64,000 nt of DNA. Source: an uncultured Allomuricauda sp. GTDB lineage: Bacteria > Bacteroidota > Bacteroidia > Flavobacteriales > Flavobacteriaceae. Of the stretch, positions 35,897 to 46,897 are shown piece by piece. Positions within the stretch are counted from its first letter, which is position 1. Every line of letters begins with the position of its first letter. The position numbers and the translations under genes were made by a program. The notes beneath the pieces are model-generated. The model had not been told where the DNA came from. It worked only from the letters and a program-made list of their open reading frames with translations, and did no database searches. The stretch is taken from positions 1,789,807-1,853,806 of the forward strand of contig OZ220751.1 in the NCBI GenBank assembly GCA_965117065.1. The letters run 5' to 3'.

Positions 35897-37381
35897 GTGC
35901 TTCTAAAAGCAAAAGGATTAGATTATTTTCGCAAGCTTCAGCTTCACTGGAAAACGGTATTTCTGGTTCTGCTTCTGCTAGCGCTCTTCATCCGATTCCC
36001 ATTTTTCTTTAGGGATTATGTGGATCGGGACGAAAGTACTTTTATCATCATGGCCCAATCCTGGGTTGATGGCCATTTGCCATATACTCAATTGTGGGAT
36101 CTAAAACCGCCTATTACCTTTTTCTGTTTTGCTGTGGTCATTTCCATTTTTGGTAAAAGTTTTATTGCCATCCGGTTGCTTGGGACTCTAATGGTTGCCC
36201 TTACTTCCCTTTTTACCTATGGAATTGCAATACGGACAACTTCCAAAAAAGTGGGGTTTTGGTGCGCCCTTTTTTGCGTTTTTTTTCAAAGTTTATTTGG
36301 CAGTCTGCAGGGGGTGATGTCTGAGCATATTTGCACCTTATTTTTTGTCATCGCAGTATATTTCCTGCTTTCTAAGCAAAATAGTTGGTGGCATTTAATT
36401 GCAGGCCTTCTCTTTGGACTCTCTGTAATGTCCAAGTTGAATATGGCCTATCCATTACTTTCCTTGGGAATTTATCTAATCTGGAGGGCGCTTAAGGACA
36501 ACGATTTATGGAAAGAACTTCAAAAATTAGTCGGCCTTGGGGCTGGGTTTGTTTTGATGCTAATACTGACAGCGATTCCCTACTACCTTCAAGGGGAATT
36601 AGGCAACTGGTGGCAATCCATTTTTGAAGCCCCATTGGCCTATTCTCAGTCCAAATTCCATTCTGTGGGTAAAGCACTGCCCGTTGTCTTGGGCACACTA
36701 CTCTTATTATCACTTGGAATTGCAACAAAGCTGATCAGCACAAAAACCAAGGAGGTGCAAATTTTACTAGTGGTTATAGTAGGAATACTCATTTCCTTTA
36801 TGCAAACAGGAAAGGTAAATGGACATTATTTGATTCAGTTGTATCCTTTTTTCCTAATTCTGGTAGCTATGGCCGTAAGCAAGTTGCCCTCCCCAAAAAG
36901 GGCATTTCAAATCGTCATGGGGATTTTGATAGCACTAATCCCAATGGAAGCCTATCTTGAATATGCCAACATCTTTTCCAATAAAATGGAAAAGGGCTCT
37001 TTTTATAACGGGGAAGGTATTGATGTCCCTAACTACATTAAAGAGAACAAGCTTGAGACTGACAATATTTTCTTTACTGAATATCATATTGGTTATTGGT
37101 TACTAAGCGAAACCCCTCCCACTAAGGCTGCTACCCACCCTAGCAATATTACGCGCGACCAACTTTTTCCCTATATGAACAATCCTAGAAGAACGGGAAT
37201 GGATGAGCTTCGTTTTATAATGGAGGTGGTGAAACCCAAGACTGTAGTGGCTAGAAATAAGAAAGCCATATTCGATAAAAAATTATTGGAGTTTAACTGG
37301 TATATAGATACCTATCTAGCTCAACATTATTTTTTAGAAGCCACAATAGATAGAGCCCTGATTTATCAACGTTTAGAATAA
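35897..37381 (+). CDS. Glycosyltransferase family 39/83-like integral membrane protein (ArnT/PMT-like)
   Basis: 494 aa with more than 10 TM helices and an N-terminal DxD/E-containing loop (FRDYVDRDEST) typical of GT-C mannosyl/arabinosyl transferases. GTG start. Confidence 0.6.
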   Translation: MLLKAKGLDYFRKLQLHWKTVFLVLLLLALFIRFPFFFRDYVDRDESTFIIMAQSWVDGHLPYTQLWDLKPPITFFCFAVVISIFGKSFIAIRLLGTLMVALTSLFTYGIAIRTTSKKVGFWCALFCVFFQSLFGSLQGVMSEHICTLFFVIAVYFLLSKQNSWWHLIAGLLFGLSVMSKLNMAYPLLSLGIYLIWRALKDNDLWKELQKLVGLGAGFVLMLILTAIPYYLQGELGNWWQSIFEAPLAYSQSKFHSVGKALPVVLGTLLLLSLGIATKLISTKTKEVQILLVVIVGILISFMQTGKVNGHYLIQLYPFFLILVAMAVSKLPSPKRAFQIVMGILIALIPMEAYLEYANIFSNKMEKGSFYNGEGIDVPNYIKENKLETDNIFFTEYHIGYWLLSETPPTKAATHPSNITRDQLFPYMNNPRRTGMDELRFIMEVVKPKTVVARNKKAIFDKKLLEFNWYIDTYLAQHYFLEATIDRALIYQRLE

Positions 37382-37987
37382 TTCCAAAGCTCCCCTAAAC
37401 TCTTCCGCGTACTTTTTTACCGTTACTTTATCAAAATTTTGCTCCTCATTGATTCTGCCAAGAAAAGAGACTTCTGTTTTCCTTAAAATGATACTTTCAG
37501 TGGTCGGATGTTCATTGCCACTAAATATAATTCCAACTTTTAGATTCTTTTCCTGAAGCTTTTCAATGGTAAGCAATGAATGGTTGATACTCCCCAAATA
37601 ATGCCTTGAAACCACAATAACCTTGTCGCTAGGTTTAATTAGGTCGAACACTGTATCCTTATCGTTTAAAGGAACAAGTAACCCTCCCGCTCCCTCAATG
37701 ATTAACTTGTTATCCGTTTTTGGAGGAACAATTTTATCCAACGCTATACTAATTCCGTCAATTTCCGCCGCGGCATGGGGGCTCATAGGTGTATTAAGGG
37801 CATAGCTGTTTTTGTGGATTTGGGTTCGTGGGTTGGAAATCAATGCTGCAATCGTATGACTATCGGAATGGGACAGGTCACCAGCTTGGACCGGTTTCCA
37901 ATAATCTGCTTCCAAGGCCTCAACTACAATAGCCGAAGCTATGGTTTTTCCTACGTCAGTGGATATTCCAGTAACAAATACATTCAT
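37373..37987 (-). CDS. bioD: Dethiobiotin synthetase
   Basis: 204 aa with the P-loop GISTDVGKT and the BioD fold. Confidence 0.9.
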   Translation of the reverse strand: MNVFVTGISTDVGKTIASAIVVEALEADYWKPVQAGDLSHSDSHTIAALISNPRTQIHKNSYALNTPMSPHAAAEIDGISIALDKIVPPKTDNKLIIEGAGGLLVPLNDKDTVFDLIKPSDKVIVVSRHYLGSINHSLLTIEKLQEKNLKVGIIFSGNEHPTTESIILRKTEVSFLGRINEEQNFDKVTVKKYAEEFRGALELF

Positions 37988-38370
37988 GATTGCGGTTTGG
38001 TAATAAAATTACAACGGGTACAACGGTATTTTTTTGGTTCAAAAAATGGAAACAATTTGTAAAAAACCCCCTTTCTGGAATAATATATTTCTGATCTGGT
38101 TGCCTTACAGTTGGGACAGACAATGGGGCTCCCATCCATGTCTGTAGCGTAGTTTCTAACCTCATCATAGATTTGCTTCGCCTTTTCCTTGTCCGTAGTG
38201 TATACCTGTAGTTTTACCCCGCCTATTGCACTACTAATAAGGGGGTCAGAATTAATGGTGTTCTCATCCCTTAAAAAAACTTGTATTCCTTCAGATTCAA
38301 GCTTTCCTTTTATGATTTGAACATCGGCCGGGAATTCAAAGCTACCCAATGTGTAAAATTCCTGTGTCAT
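37984..38370 (-). CDS. Hypothetical protein: DUF2007-like (PII-like) N-terminal domain plus C-terminal CxxC...CxxC zinc ribbon, translationally coupled between bioF and bioD
   Basis: 128 aa. Its ATG overlaps the bioF stop (TAATG) and its stop overlaps the bioD start (ATGA). Cys motifs CPNC...CTRC. Confidence 0.5.
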   Translation of the reverse strand: MTQEFYTLGSFEFPADVQIIKGKLESEGIQVFLRDENTINSDPLISSAIGGVKLQVYTTDKEKAKQIYDEVRNYATDMDGSPIVCPNCKATRSEIYYSRKGVFYKLFPFFEPKKYRCTRCNFITKPQS

Positions 38371-39521
38371 TACTTCATTCCATTCTTTATCAAGTGCAAA
38401 ACTCGGGAAAATTCTTCTTTGGTATTAAATGCATGTAAGCAAAACCTCAGTCTTTCTTCCCCTGTCTTAATTGTTGGCGAAAGAATTGGCTTTACATCAA
38501 ACCCTTCTTGGTACAATTCTTTGGAAAGCTTCTTTGCCTCTTGGTTGCCAGGAACCATCAAACAGTGTATGGCAGAATCGCTAGCCCTAAACCTCCTGTT
38601 CAGTCCTAAATGTTCAACTTCAGCTTTAAAATGTGAAATGTTTTGTTGAAGTGCCAATCTGTTATTCCTGCCGTGTTCCTGCAAATACTTATAAGCTACT
38701 ATGATCGTGGCAACTGCATGCGGGGCAAGTGCGGTAGTGTAAATAAAGCTTCTTGCAAAATTGATGAGGTATGACTTCAAGGGTTCGCTTCCTAAAATTG
38801 CTGCCCCATGACACCCCATAGCTTTCCCAAAAGTTAGGATTCTGGCAAAGACCTTGTCTTGTAGTCCCAATTCAAAAATTAAATCCTTGCCATCACCAAA
38901 AATTCCGGTGGCATGAGCTTCATCCACCACTAAATTATATCCTTTTTCACTGCAAGATTTCGCTAAGGCTTTTAAATCAGGGGAGTCCCCATCCATTGAG
39001 AAAACCGACTCCGTTACCACATACACCTCAGCGTCTTGGCCAATGTCTAAGCTACGCTCGATAAGACCTAGTAAGTCATTTATGTTATTGTGTTTGAATT
39101 TATAGCTCCTAGCATTCCCCATTTTAATCCCATCCCGAATACTGGCATGAATCAACTCGTCATAAAAAACCAAATCCCCTCTTTGGGGAACAGCGGAGAA
39201 AAATCCAACATTGGCATCGTAGCCAGAATTGAAAACAAGTGCCGCATCGGCTTTATGGTAATCAGCCAACAAAGATTCCAATTGAGGGTATAGTTCATGG
39301 TTTCCGGTTAGTAAACGAGACCCTGTTGCACCATTGAGGTAAATCTGCTTTTCCTTCAGAAGTTTCAACACTCCATCCTGAATGCTTTTTGTTCTCGAAA
39401 ATCCCAAATAGTCATTGGAAGAGAAATCAACCAAATTATTGGTGGTCGGGAAGTAGCGCATTGAATTATTGGCTGACCTTTCCGTCAATTTGGATTGCAG
39501 TTTTGGCGGTAATCTCTCCAT
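38370..39521 (-). CDS. bioF: 8-amino-7-oxononanoate synthase
   Basis: 383 aa alpha-oxoamine synthase with the PLP lysine in TFGKAMG. Confidence 0.9.
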   Translation of the reverse strand: MERLPPKLQSKLTERSANNSMRYFPTTNNLVDFSSNDYLGFSRTKSIQDGVLKLLKEKQIYLNGATGSRLLTGNHELYPQLESLLADYHKADAALVFNSGYDANVGFFSAVPQRGDLVFYDELIHASIRDGIKMGNARSYKFKHNNINDLLGLIERSLDIGQDAEVYVVTESVFSMDGDSPDLKALAKSCSEKGYNLVVDEAHATGIFGDGKDLIFELGLQDKVFARILTFGKAMGCHGAAILGSEPLKSYLINFARSFIYTTALAPHAVATIIVAYKYLQEHGRNNRLALQQNISHFKAEVEHLGLNRRFRASDSAIHCLMVPGNQEAKKLSKELYQEGFDVKPILSPTIKTGEERLRFCLHAFNTKEEFSRVLHLIKNGMK

Positions 39522-39584
39522 TCCTCAAATTTAGTGTTTACTGTTCTTAAATGTTTAAATTAGTTGCATTCAAACATCAATCAA

Positions 39585-41375
39585 ATGAAGATAATTTTTT
39601 CCCCTTTTGCCCTGTTGCTTTGCTTTATAATGACTGGGCAGACCAATACCTATGAAATAGCCTTCAAAGATGCAGTTCACCATGAGGCTACAGTTTCCGC
39701 CACCTTTACCAATTTGAAGACCGATGTGGTTTCCTTACGGATGAGCAGAACATCTCCCGGGCGTTATGCCCTGCATGAATTTGCTAAAAACGTTTATGAC
39801 TTTAAAGCCATGGACAGCAAAGGAAATGAATTGAAGGTCTTTAGGCCAGATCCATATGTTTGGCAAGTCGCCGGACATGATGGCACTGTACGGATACGTT
39901 ACACCCTTTTTGCAAATCGGGGTGATGGTACCTATTCGCAAATAGATGAAACCCATGCCCATTTGAACATTCCCGCAACCTTTATGTATGTTCCAGCATT
40001 GGCAGACCGCAATATTGAAGTGACTTTTAAGGTAAGGCAAGATCTTGGATGGAAAGTGGCTACTCAGTTACCATTGGTATCCGGCACAACCTATTCAGCT
40101 CCAAATCTGTATTATTTTATGGATAGTCCAACCGAGATCAGCAATTTTACGCTTAGGTCCTTTGAATTAGATGGGCAAACCATACAATTGGCATTGCACC
40201 ACAACGGAACCGAAGCGGAAGCAGATACATATTTTGAAAGAGTTAAAAAGACCGTATTGGCTGAAAAAGAGGTGTATGGGGAACTTCCCAAATTTGATTT
40301 TGACACTTATACTTTTTTAGCCTGTTATATCCCAAATGCATCCGGTGATGGAATGGAGCACAGAAATTCCACCATTCTGACCAGCACACGAAGTTTGGCA
40401 AATGGGGGAATGGAACGAAATATTGGCACTGTCTCACATGAATTCTTTCATGCTTGGAATGTAGAACGCATTAGACCCAAATCTTTAGAGCCTTTTAGTT
40501 TTGAAACTACCAACATGAGCGGTGAATTATGGTTTGCGGAAGGCTTTACCAGTTATTACACCAATTTGATCTTGTGCAGAGCTGGCTTAATTTCACCCAA
40601 AGATTATGTGGAGGGTCTATCTGGTACTTTCAACTACGTTTGGAATTCTCCAGCTCGGCAATTTTTTAATCCAATTGAAATGAGTTACCAGGCGCCTTTT
40701 GTAGATGCCGCCAGATCTGTAGACCCTGTAAATAGGGAAAATACATTTATTTCCTATTATTCCTACGGAAGTGTTTTGGGGCTGGCCTTGGACCTTTCTT
40801 TACGTCAGGAAAGGCTTAACCTAGATGATTTTATGAAAAAGGTGTGGCAGAAATATGGTAAAAAGGAAGTTCCTTACACTGTTAAGGATTTACATGAAGC
40901 ACTAAAAGAATATGCAGGAAACAAGTTTGGAGACACCTTCTTCCATACTTATATCTACCAAAGTGGAATGCCAGATTATAGTGCTCTCTTTGAATCTGTG
41001 GGAGTGAGTCTACAACAAAATGCAGACCAAGCTTATTTTGGTTCATTTGTTTCCATGGATGAAAACGGTGGAACCATTGCAAGAAATCCAGCTATTGGTA
41101 GCCCCGCACATGCATCCCATCTTGCCAAAGGGGATTTGATATTGGGCATCGATGAACTTCCATTTGTTGATGGACAGAATTTTGTTGAATATCTAGGGCA
41201 ATTTAGCATAGGAGATACATTGAATATTAATTATTCCAGATATGGCAAAGACCAGCGCACCACTCTGATTTTGAAGCCTAGCCCTTCCTATTCCATTAAT
41301 CTGCTGGAAGATGTTGACAAAGCACCTTCTGAGACGATGCTGGCTTTACGAAAATCCTGGCTCAAAATTGATTAA
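39585..41375 (+). CDS. M61-family glycyl aminopeptidase with C-terminal PDZ domain
   Basis: The HEFFHAWN (HExxH) zinc motif matches the M61 architecture. The ORF track starts at TTG 39564; the signal-peptide Met (MKIIFSPFALLLCF) is at 39585. Confidence 0.8.
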   Translation: MKIIFSPFALLLCFIMTGQTNTYEIAFKDAVHHEATVSATFTNLKTDVVSLRMSRTSPGRYALHEFAKNVYDFKAMDSKGNELKVFRPDPYVWQVAGHDGTVRIRYTLFANRGDGTYSQIDETHAHLNIPATFMYVPALADRNIEVTFKVRQDLGWKVATQLPLVSGTTYSAPNLYYFMDSPTEISNFTLRSFELDGQTIQLALHHNGTEAEADTYFERVKKTVLAEKEVYGELPKFDFDTYTFLACYIPNASGDGMEHRNSTILTSTRSLANGGMERNIGTVSHEFFHAWNVERIRPKSLEPFSFETTNMSGELWFAEGFTSYYTNLILCRAGLISPKDYVEGLSGTFNYVWNSPARQFFNPIEMSYQAPFVDAARSVDPVNRENTFISYYSYGSVLGLALDLSLRQERLNLDDFMKKVWQKYGKKEVPYTVKDLHEALKEYAGNKFGDTFFHTYIYQSGMPDYSALFESVGVSLQQNADQAYFGSFVSMDENGGTIARNPAIGSPAHASHLAKGDLILGIDELPFVDGQNFVEYLGQFSIGDTLNINYSRYGKDQRTTLILKPSPSYSINLLEDVDKAPSETMLALRKSWLKID

Positions 41376-41906
41376 ATGATTCAATACGGGCAAGCTTGCA
41401 CATTAGATCAACTTCAGCAAATCCTGTTATTGCAACAACGGAACTTACCTAAAAATTTATCAACCAAAGAAATAGAAAGGGAAGGATTTTTAACTGTGGA
41501 ACATTCTTTGGCGGTTTTAAAGGAGATGAATGACGAATGTGGTCATATCATTGCGCAGGAAAATGGTAAAGTTATTGCATACGCAATCTGTATGCACCCC
41601 AAGTTTGCCGATAGCATTGCTGTTCTTAGGCCTATGTTCCGTGAAATCAATAAGGTCGTAAAGCGAAAGTTAGATTATATGGTTATGGGTCAAATATGTG
41701 TTGCCAAAAGCCATAGGGGTAGGGGTGTTTTTAGACGGCTCTATAAAACAATGGGAGAAAGTCTACCTATAGGTTTTAACTCCATTATTACGGAAGTGGA
41801 TGCCAAAAACCTACGTTCCCTTGATGCCCATAAGGCCATTGGTTTTACAGAACTTAAAAGGTATACTGCAGATGGCAAAGAATGGGTCTTGATTACCCTC
41901 AAATAA
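41376..41906 (+). CDS. GNAT-family N-acetyltransferase
   Basis: 176 aa with acetyl-CoA binding motif A, Q/RxxGxG/A, in HRGRGVFRRL. Its ATG directly abuts the M61 stop. Confidence 0.7.
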   Translation: MIQYGQACTLDQLQQILLLQQRNLPKNLSTKEIEREGFLTVEHSLAVLKEMNDECGHIIAQENGKVIAYAICMHPKFADSIAVLRPMFREINKVVKRKLDYMVMGQICVAKSHRGRGVFRRLYKTMGESLPIGFNSIITEVDAKNLRSLDAHKAIGFTELKRYTADGKEWVLITLK

Positions 41907-41932
41907 AAAGTCGCTCCTGGGAGCGACTTTTG
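41906..41932. terminator. Bidirectional rho-independent terminator between convergent GNAT and atpC genes
   Basis: AAAAA-GTCGCTCC-tg-GGAGCGAC-TTTT. Confidence 0.75.
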
Positions 41933-41958
41933 AACATTTATTTGTTTCTTATATGATG

Positions 41959-42237
41959 CTAATCAGCCAAAACAATTACCTTATTCTCCTTCATTTCAAT
42001 GGTGCCACTGGTAATAGACAAAACCGTCTCGCCATTGGCTCCTTTTGAAAATTTGGTTTGAAACTCTTCCTCAATGGTAATATCTCCTTGAACCTTAACA
42101 TCGCCTTCCTGCAAAAGGGAAACTATAGGTGCATGGTTCTGCAGCATTTGAAATTCACCGTTGATTCCAGGAACAGTAACCGAGGATACCTCGCCTGCAA
42201 AAAGTGTAGCTTCTGGGGATACTATTTCTAAGTACAT
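41959..42237 (-). CDS. atpC: F0F1 ATP synthase subunit epsilon
   Basis: 92 aa with the canonical epsilon N-terminal beta-sandwich sequence. Confidence 0.9.
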   Translation of the reverse strand: MYLEIVSPEATLFAGEVSSVTVPGINGEFQMLQNHAPIVSLLQEGDVKVQGDITIEEEFQTKFSKGANGETVLSITSGTIEMKENKVIVLAD

Positions 42238-42255
42238 GTTTATACGTATTGAGAA

Positions 42256-43839
<1,584 letters not shown>

Positions 43840-43874
43840 TTAAAGAAAAACTTAAAAACCCCTTTTTTTGGCAA

Positions 43875-43903
43875 CAAAAAAGGCACTGATTTTATCAGTG
43901 CCC
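43875..43903 (-). terminator. Rho-independent terminator after the 920-aa TonB-dependent receptor gene
   Basis: Minus strand: GGCACTGAT-aaa-ATCAGTGCC followed by TTTTTTGTTGCC. Confidence 0.7.
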
Positions 43904-43927
43904 TTGATTGTGATTTTCAATCCCTGT

Positions 43928-46690
43928 TTAAGGGTTTATGGTCCATGAAATATAATAAATGGAACCTATATTACCTGTACCAACTGCCTGAAAATATTCA
44001 TCCCCCAGTAAGTTGGAGCCACCAGCCTTGAAAACAGATTTGATACTTGGAACGGAATAATTAATTTGTGCATCCAGTACGGTGTATGCTGGTACATCAC
44101 CATCAGCAAAGGAGGCCTCCCAGAAGAAGGTATCGCTCCACCTATAGTTTACATTGAAACCAAAGTTTTCAAAAAGCGCAGTATTCCCAAAAGAAGCTTT
44201 AACCTTATGTTTTGGGGTGTTAAAATTGGTTCTAAAATCAGGGAATCTAGCCTTGTTGAAATCCAATTCCGAATACGTATAGTTAACCCCTAGATCAAAG
44301 TTTCCAAAAATCTTGGTGTCCACACCAACGGTTCCTCCGTATGAATTGATATCCACAGTGGAATTGGTATATGTCTGATAAGCTTGCCTGTCCCCATTTT
44401 GAAGCGCAAGCAATGAAAGTCCACCATCTCCAGCGGTACCGTAAAATGGAACCAATACGGTTACGTTGGCAATAAAGTCTTTATATCTATTGTAATAACC
44501 ACTCAAGTCTACTGTAAACTTGCCAATTTGCCCTCTATATCCAGCTTCAAAAGCTGTGATTTCCTCAGGTTTGATAACAGCTGTATTTACCGCTTCCGGT
44601 GCTCCACTTAACACAGAGCTTAGGGAATACGCATTTTCATAGGCCGCTCGTCCCACAATGTTAACCGTTGACTGTCCAATTAAGTTCTGACCACTTGCGC
44701 TGACATCAAAAGTCCTGATATCCCGATCTAAATTGGATGGTGCAGAACCAACCAAAATGGCAGCCCCGGCATTTAATCCAATAAACAAATCTTGGGTAGT
44801 TGGGTTTCTAAAACCTTGCTGGGCAGAAACCCGGATATTGTGATTCCTATTTTCTCCTGCGGTATATGCCAAAGAAAGTCTTGGAGAAACAAAGCCATCG
44901 AAGAACTCATTTTTATCGTATCTGGCTGAGCCAGTAAACTTAAACCGGTCGTCAAACAATTTCTTTTGTAATTGGACATAGGCTCCATACTCATTGTATT
45001 CTATGGGACCATCCAAATCCGTAAATATGGTACCTCCTGAATTCAGTTCATATTCACGGTATGATCCTCCAACTTGGATATCGGCCCAATCATCAATTAA
45101 ATGCGCCAAATTGTAATTCCCATTCGCATGCCTAAACTTGGTGTTATCAATAAATTTTGCCCCAGTTGTTAGGTCTCCATCATTAATAACGGTATTAAAA
45201 GCACTTTGAAATCCAGGAGTTCCAGGGACAAGTCTCCCAGTATCCGCTGCCTGTCTTGCTGCAGCATGTGCGGCAACGGAGGATTGCTCAGGTGTAAGAC
45301 CTCCTTGCTGGATACCACCTAGGTAGGCAGGAATGTATGTTCCTGCATATTCGGTAAACCATTCGGTATCCCCTTTCCAACTTCTGTTAATATTGATTGC
45401 AGCAAAACGGGTGTCATATGAATCTCCCGAACTCTCCGTAGTGATATAACCCCTAAGGAAAAAGTTCTTATTTCTAAATTCTATTTTGTGCTGTTGTAGC
45501 ACAAAGTTCTTTACTGAATAGCGGTTGGCCCCTTGATAAATGGTATTACCCCTACCTACTCTTCCGTTATAGATAATTTCAAAGTCATTGGCAAAGGGTC
45601 TATAGAAAACAGAAAAATCGGTTTTCACACTTTCAGCATTATAGTTTGCCAAATCCCTTTCGTCATAACCCGTTCTTGAAATTTGCGCAGAACCAACAGT
45701 GCCAGTTGGGAGGCCAGCAGCGGCATCAAAATTCAACAAGGTAGACACCTCATCACCATAAACATTTAGACCATTGTAGTTGGGGTTTGATCTATCTGCT
45801 CCTGGATTACCAAAATCCATGGTATTGTTCGCATGCCAGTCTTCACCACTTAAATAGGAAAGATTGGCTTTAATTGCCACTTTGTCGCTAAAGGCATGGG
45901 CGACTCTTATTCCAAAATCATAATAGTTATTATCCCCGGCAGCGTCTTGGGATGTAATACCGGTTTTGCCGTATGCGCTTATGCCTTGAAAATCGAAAGG
46001 ACTTTTACTGTTCATGAATAAAATACCGTTAAAGGCACCAGCACCGTAAAGAGCAGATGATGCTCCTGGCAGAATCTCAACACTTTGCACTTCCAATTCC
46101 GACATCCCCACCAAGTTCCCCAAAACGAAGTTTAGTCCGGGAGCAGAGTTATCCATCCCATCCACCAACTGCAAAAATCGATTGTTGGCAAAAGTGGCAA
46201 AACCCCTTGTATTAATGGATTGAAAGGTTAAACTGTTGGTATTGATATCCACCCCTTTTAAATTTTGTAACCCTCCATAAAAGGATTCGGCAGTGGTATT
46301 TTTTATTTCCTTTAGACCGAAACGTTCCACAGAAACAGGAGATTCAAAAATACGCTCAGGGGTTCTGGACGCAGATATCACTATTTCATCCAAAAGAGTG
46401 GATGCTTCTGTTAAGGTTATGGAGAGCGTTTGGTTGTTTGAGCTAATTTCTGCAATAAAATCTGCAAATCCTATAGCTGTAAATCGAAGTGTAAAAGGAG
46501 GTTGTTCGGAGGTGTTAAATGTAAAGTTTCCGTCAAAATCGGTAGTAGTACCTTCCGCTTTTCCAACCAAGACCACATTGGCCCCTGGTATCGGCTCATT
46601 TTTTTCATCAACTACTTTCCCCTGAACTGTTGTTTGAGCATAAGATATGGTACTCAATAACAGGAGGGAAAGAACTATAAGTCTTTTCAT
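43928..46690 (-). CDS. TonB-dependent outer-membrane receptor with N-terminal carboxypeptidase-regulatory-like domain
   Basis: 920 aa with signal peptide, CarbopepD_reg (VQGKVVDEKNEPIPGANVVL), plug (ISASRTPE...SPVSVERF) and barrel. Confidence 0.85.
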   Translation of the reverse strand: MKRLIVLSLLLLSTISYAQTTVQGKVVDEKNEPIPGANVVLVGKAEGTTTDFDGNFTFNTSEQPPFTLRFTAIGFADFIAEISSNNQTLSITLTEASTLLDEIVISASRTPERIFESPVSVERFGLKEIKNTTAESFYGGLQNLKGVDINTNSLTFQSINTRGFATFANNRFLQLVDGMDNSAPGLNFVLGNLVGMSELEVQSVEILPGASSALYGAGAFNGILFMNSKSPFDFQGISAYGKTGITSQDAAGDNNYYDFGIRVAHAFSDKVAIKANLSYLSGEDWHANNTMDFGNPGADRSNPNYNGLNVYGDEVSTLLNFDAAAGLPTGTVGSAQISRTGYDERDLANYNAESVKTDFSVFYRPFANDFEIIYNGRVGRGNTIYQGANRYSVKNFVLQQHKIEFRNKNFFLRGYITTESSGDSYDTRFAAININRSWKGDTEWFTEYAGTYIPAYLGGIQQGGLTPEQSSVAAHAAARQAADTGRLVPGTPGFQSAFNTVINDGDLTTGAKFIDNTKFRHANGNYNLAHLIDDWADIQVGGSYREYELNSGGTIFTDLDGPIEYNEYGAYVQLQKKLFDDRFKFTGSARYDKNEFFDGFVSPRLSLAYTAGENRNHNIRVSAQQGFRNPTTQDLFIGLNAGAAILVGSAPSNLDRDIRTFDVSASGQNLIGQSTVNIVGRAAYENAYSLSSVLSGAPEAVNTAVIKPEEITAFEAGYRGQIGKFTVDLSGYYNRYKDFIANVTVLVPFYGTAGDGGLSLLALQNGDRQAYQTYTNSTVDINSYGGTVGVDTKIFGNFDLGVNYTYSELDFNKARFPDFRTNFNTPKHKVKASFGNTALFENFGFNVNYRWSDTFFWEASFADGDVPAYTVLDAQINYSVPSIKSVFKAGGSNLLGDEYFQAVGTGNIGSIYYISWTINP

Positions 46691-46787
46691 CGGCTTTCAA
46701 TTTGAGTTAAATTAGTTTAAAAATGCGTAAAGCATTGAAGGCGGAAGATACATTTTTTTTCATTTGATTTCGACAAAATCAAAAAAA

Positions 46788-46803
46788 ATTATGCATGCAT
46801 AAT
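46788..46803. promoter_or_regulatory. Perfect 16-bp palindrome ATTATGCATGCATAAT, about 100 bp upstream of the TonB-dependent receptor gene (candidate operator)
   Basis: Read directly from the sequence. It lies in the glmS / receptor intergenic region. Confidence 0.35.
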
Positions 46804-46897
46804 ACTTTTTTGCTAAAAAATGGATCTTTTATCTGCCATTTTAACAAAAAAGATGCTAAAATTGAATGCTTTTTAAAGTATTCTTGATTTAGTTAGG

